DNA from: the human T2T-CHM13v2.0 reference genome, Homo sapiens
NCBI RefSeq assembly: GCF_009914755.1
Contig: NC_060937.1
Reading direction: 5' to 3' (one strand)
DNA: 64,000 nt
In this document: positions 62,013-64,000 of the stretch, piece by piece
Layout: the number at the start of each line of letters is the position of its first letter
Position numbering within the stretch: the stretch's first letter is position 1
Notes under the pieces: generated by a model
Database searches by the model: none
Seen by the model: the letters and a program-made list of their open reading frames with translations, nothing else
What the model was told of the DNA's origin: nothing
Translations under genes and position numbers: made by a program

Positions 62013-64000
62013 CATTTATAATAAACTGTACATAAAATATCAATGTACTCAAACTATATATTATGTGCGGTACATAAGATATCAAATTACCCATACTATA
62101 TAGTATATACTGTACTGAAAATATCAAAATACCCAAAATATATATTATATACGTTACATAAACTATCAAATACACAAAGTATGTATTATATACTGTACAT
62201 AAAATAGCAAAGTTCCCAAAATATGTATTATATATATTATAAATATGTACATAAAATATGAAAGTACCCAACCATTTATAATAAACTCTACATAAAACAC
62301 CAAAGTATCCAAACTGTGTATTATATACTGTCCATAAAATATCAAAGTACCCAAAATATATATTGTAAACTCTACATAAAATATCAAAGTAGCCAAAATA
62401 CATATTGTATACTGTACATAAAATATAAAAGTACCCCAAATATATATTATATACTGTACATAAAATATCAAAGTACCCATAATACATATTATATACTGTA
62501 CATAAAATATCAAAGGACCCAAAATAAACATTATATACTGTACATAAAATATCCAAATACTCAAAATATATATTACATACTGTACATAAAATATCAAAGT
62601 ACCCAAATTATGTATTATATACTGTACGTAAAATATCAGAGTACCCAAAATATGCATTATATACTGTACATAAAATATGAAAGTAACAAAACATTTATAA
62701 TAAACTGTACATAAAATATCAAAGTACTCAAACTATATATCATATACTGTACATAAAATATCAAAGTACCCAAACTGTGTATTATTATATACTGTATATA
62801 AAATATCAAAGTACCTGAAATATATATTGTATACTGTACATAAAATATCAAAGTACACAAAATATATACTATATACTGTACATAAAATATGAAGGTACAT
62901 CAAATATATATTATATCCTGTACATAAAATATCAAAGTACACCTATTATATATTGTTTACTGTACATAATATATTAAATCGCCCAAATATATATTGTATA
63001 CTGTATATAAAATATGAAGGTACTTCAAATATATATTATAAGCTGCACATAAAATATCAAAGTACCCAAGGTATGCATTACATACTGTACATAAAATATC
63101 AAAGTACACAAATTATATATTATATACTGTACATAAAATATGTAGGTTCATCAAATATATTTTATATTCTGTACATAATATATCAAAGTACATCAAATAT
63201 ATATTATATACGGTACATAAAATATCAAATTACCCAAAATATGCATTATTTACTGTACATAAAATATGAAAGTAACCAAACATTTATAATAAACTGTACA
63301 TAAATTATCAAAGTACTCAATCTACATATTATATACAGTATATAAAATATCAAAGTACACAAACTGTATATTATATACTGTACATAATATGTCAAAGTAC
63401 CCAGAATATATAGCATACTGTACATACAATATCAAAGTACCCAGAATGTATATTCTATACTGTACATAAAATATGATGGTACATCAAAGATATATTATAT
63501 TCTGTACATAAAATATCAAAGTACACCAAATATATATTATATGCTGTACATAATATATTAAAGTTGCCCATGTATACATTTTATACTGTACATAAAATAT
63601 GAAGGTACATCAAATATATACTATATGCTGCACATAAAATATCAAAGTATCCAAAGTATGTATTATATACTGTACATAAAATATCAAAGTACCAAAAGTA
63701 TATATTACCTACTGTAAATAAAACATGAAGGTACCTCAAATATATATTATATTCTGTACATGAAATATCAAAGTACACCAAGTATATACTATATACTCTA
63801 CATAAAATATTAAATTACCCAAAATATGTATTGTATTGTGTACATAAATTATGAAAGTAACCAAACATTTATAATAAACTGTACATAAAATATCAAAGTA
63901 CTCAAACATTATATTATATACTGTACATAAAGTATCAAAGTACCCAAACTGTGTAGTATATACTGTACATAAAATATCAAGGTACCCAAAATGTATATTG
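62013..64000. repeat. Partial HOR unit carrying the 10-bp insertion allele
   Basis: Same block order; TATTATATATATTATAAATATGTAC at 62226; runs off the window edge. Confidence 0.8.

Larger units (their letters stand above)
1..64000. repeat. Human Satellite I / HSat1A (SAR)-type 42-bp AT-rich tandem satellite array, ~1500 monomers, continuing beyond both window edges
   Basis: Continuous ~42-bp periodicity, e.g. (G)TAC-ATAAAA at 4911, 4953, 4995, 5037, 5079, 5121. Monomer = ACATAAAATATCAAAGT (17 bp) + ACCCAAAATATATATTATATACTGT (25 bp) with two GTAC sites, the established RsaI 17/25-bp structure of human Satellite I. Family identity is recognised from memory, not from a database search. Confidence 0.96.

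Noticed and set aside
47-63781. Hundreds of 60-197 aa ORFs on both strands (YFDILCTVYNIYFG, GTLIFYVQYIIYIL, YYILYIKYQSTQNI repeats)
   Set aside because: 42 bp = 14 codons, and three frames of the consensus lack stops, so ORFs arise automatically. They overlap in multiple frames, start and stop at HOR-periodic indels, and show no domain or coding signature.
1-64000. CRISPR-like alternation of a conserved part (CTGTACATAAAATATCAAAGTAC) and a variable part
   Set aside because: The variable parts are point variants of one 25-bp consensus and recur with HOR periodicity rather than being unique spacers. There is no leader or cas gene, and the sequence matches a human satellite.
1-64000. TATA-box-like (TATATAAAA) and polyadenylation-like (AATAAA in the landmark monomer) motifs
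   Set aside because: Expected by chance in a very AT-rich repeat. There is no gene context, and function cannot be supported from sequence alone.
1-64000. Alpha satellite/CENP-B boxes, HSat1B (Alu-containing ~2.4-kb unit), HSat2/3 (CATTC)n, or an AT-rich organellar/parasite genome
   Set aside because: No 171-bp period, CENP-B box, Alu fragment or CATTC pentamers were seen, and there are no gene-like or tRNA/rRNA segments.

Overview
The whole 64 kb window is one uninterrupted, single-orientation tandem array of an AT-rich 42-bp satellite, consensus ACATAAAATATCAAAGT+ACCCAAAATATATATTATATACTGT (17+25 bp halves delimited by GTAC/RsaI sites). This matches human classical Satellite I / HSat1A (SAR), i.e. 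pericentromeric or acrocentric heterochromatin. I see no genes, RNA genes, transposons or CRISPR array; every listed ORF is an artefact of the 42-bp (14-codon) periodicity. The informative content is higher-order structure. A 41-bp landmark monomer (CATTTATAATAAAC) divides the array into six ordered blocks (250, 419, 589, 585, 461 or 755, 709 bp). These give two higher-order repeats (HORs) of 3013 bp (72 monomers) and 3307 bp (79 monomers), which differ by a 294-bp 7-monomer cassette. Rearranged units (2089, 2843, 3022, 3763, 4101, 4432, 6569, 7111 bp) arise from whole-monomer deletions, back-jumps and block switches. Recent multi-kb duplications occur at offsets 5396, 7114, 10127, 13431 and 37285 bp. 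I found no evidence of a novel protein- or RNA-based system; the findings concern satellite architecture and evolution. All counts were made by eye and from the ORF-track coordinates, not by alignment.
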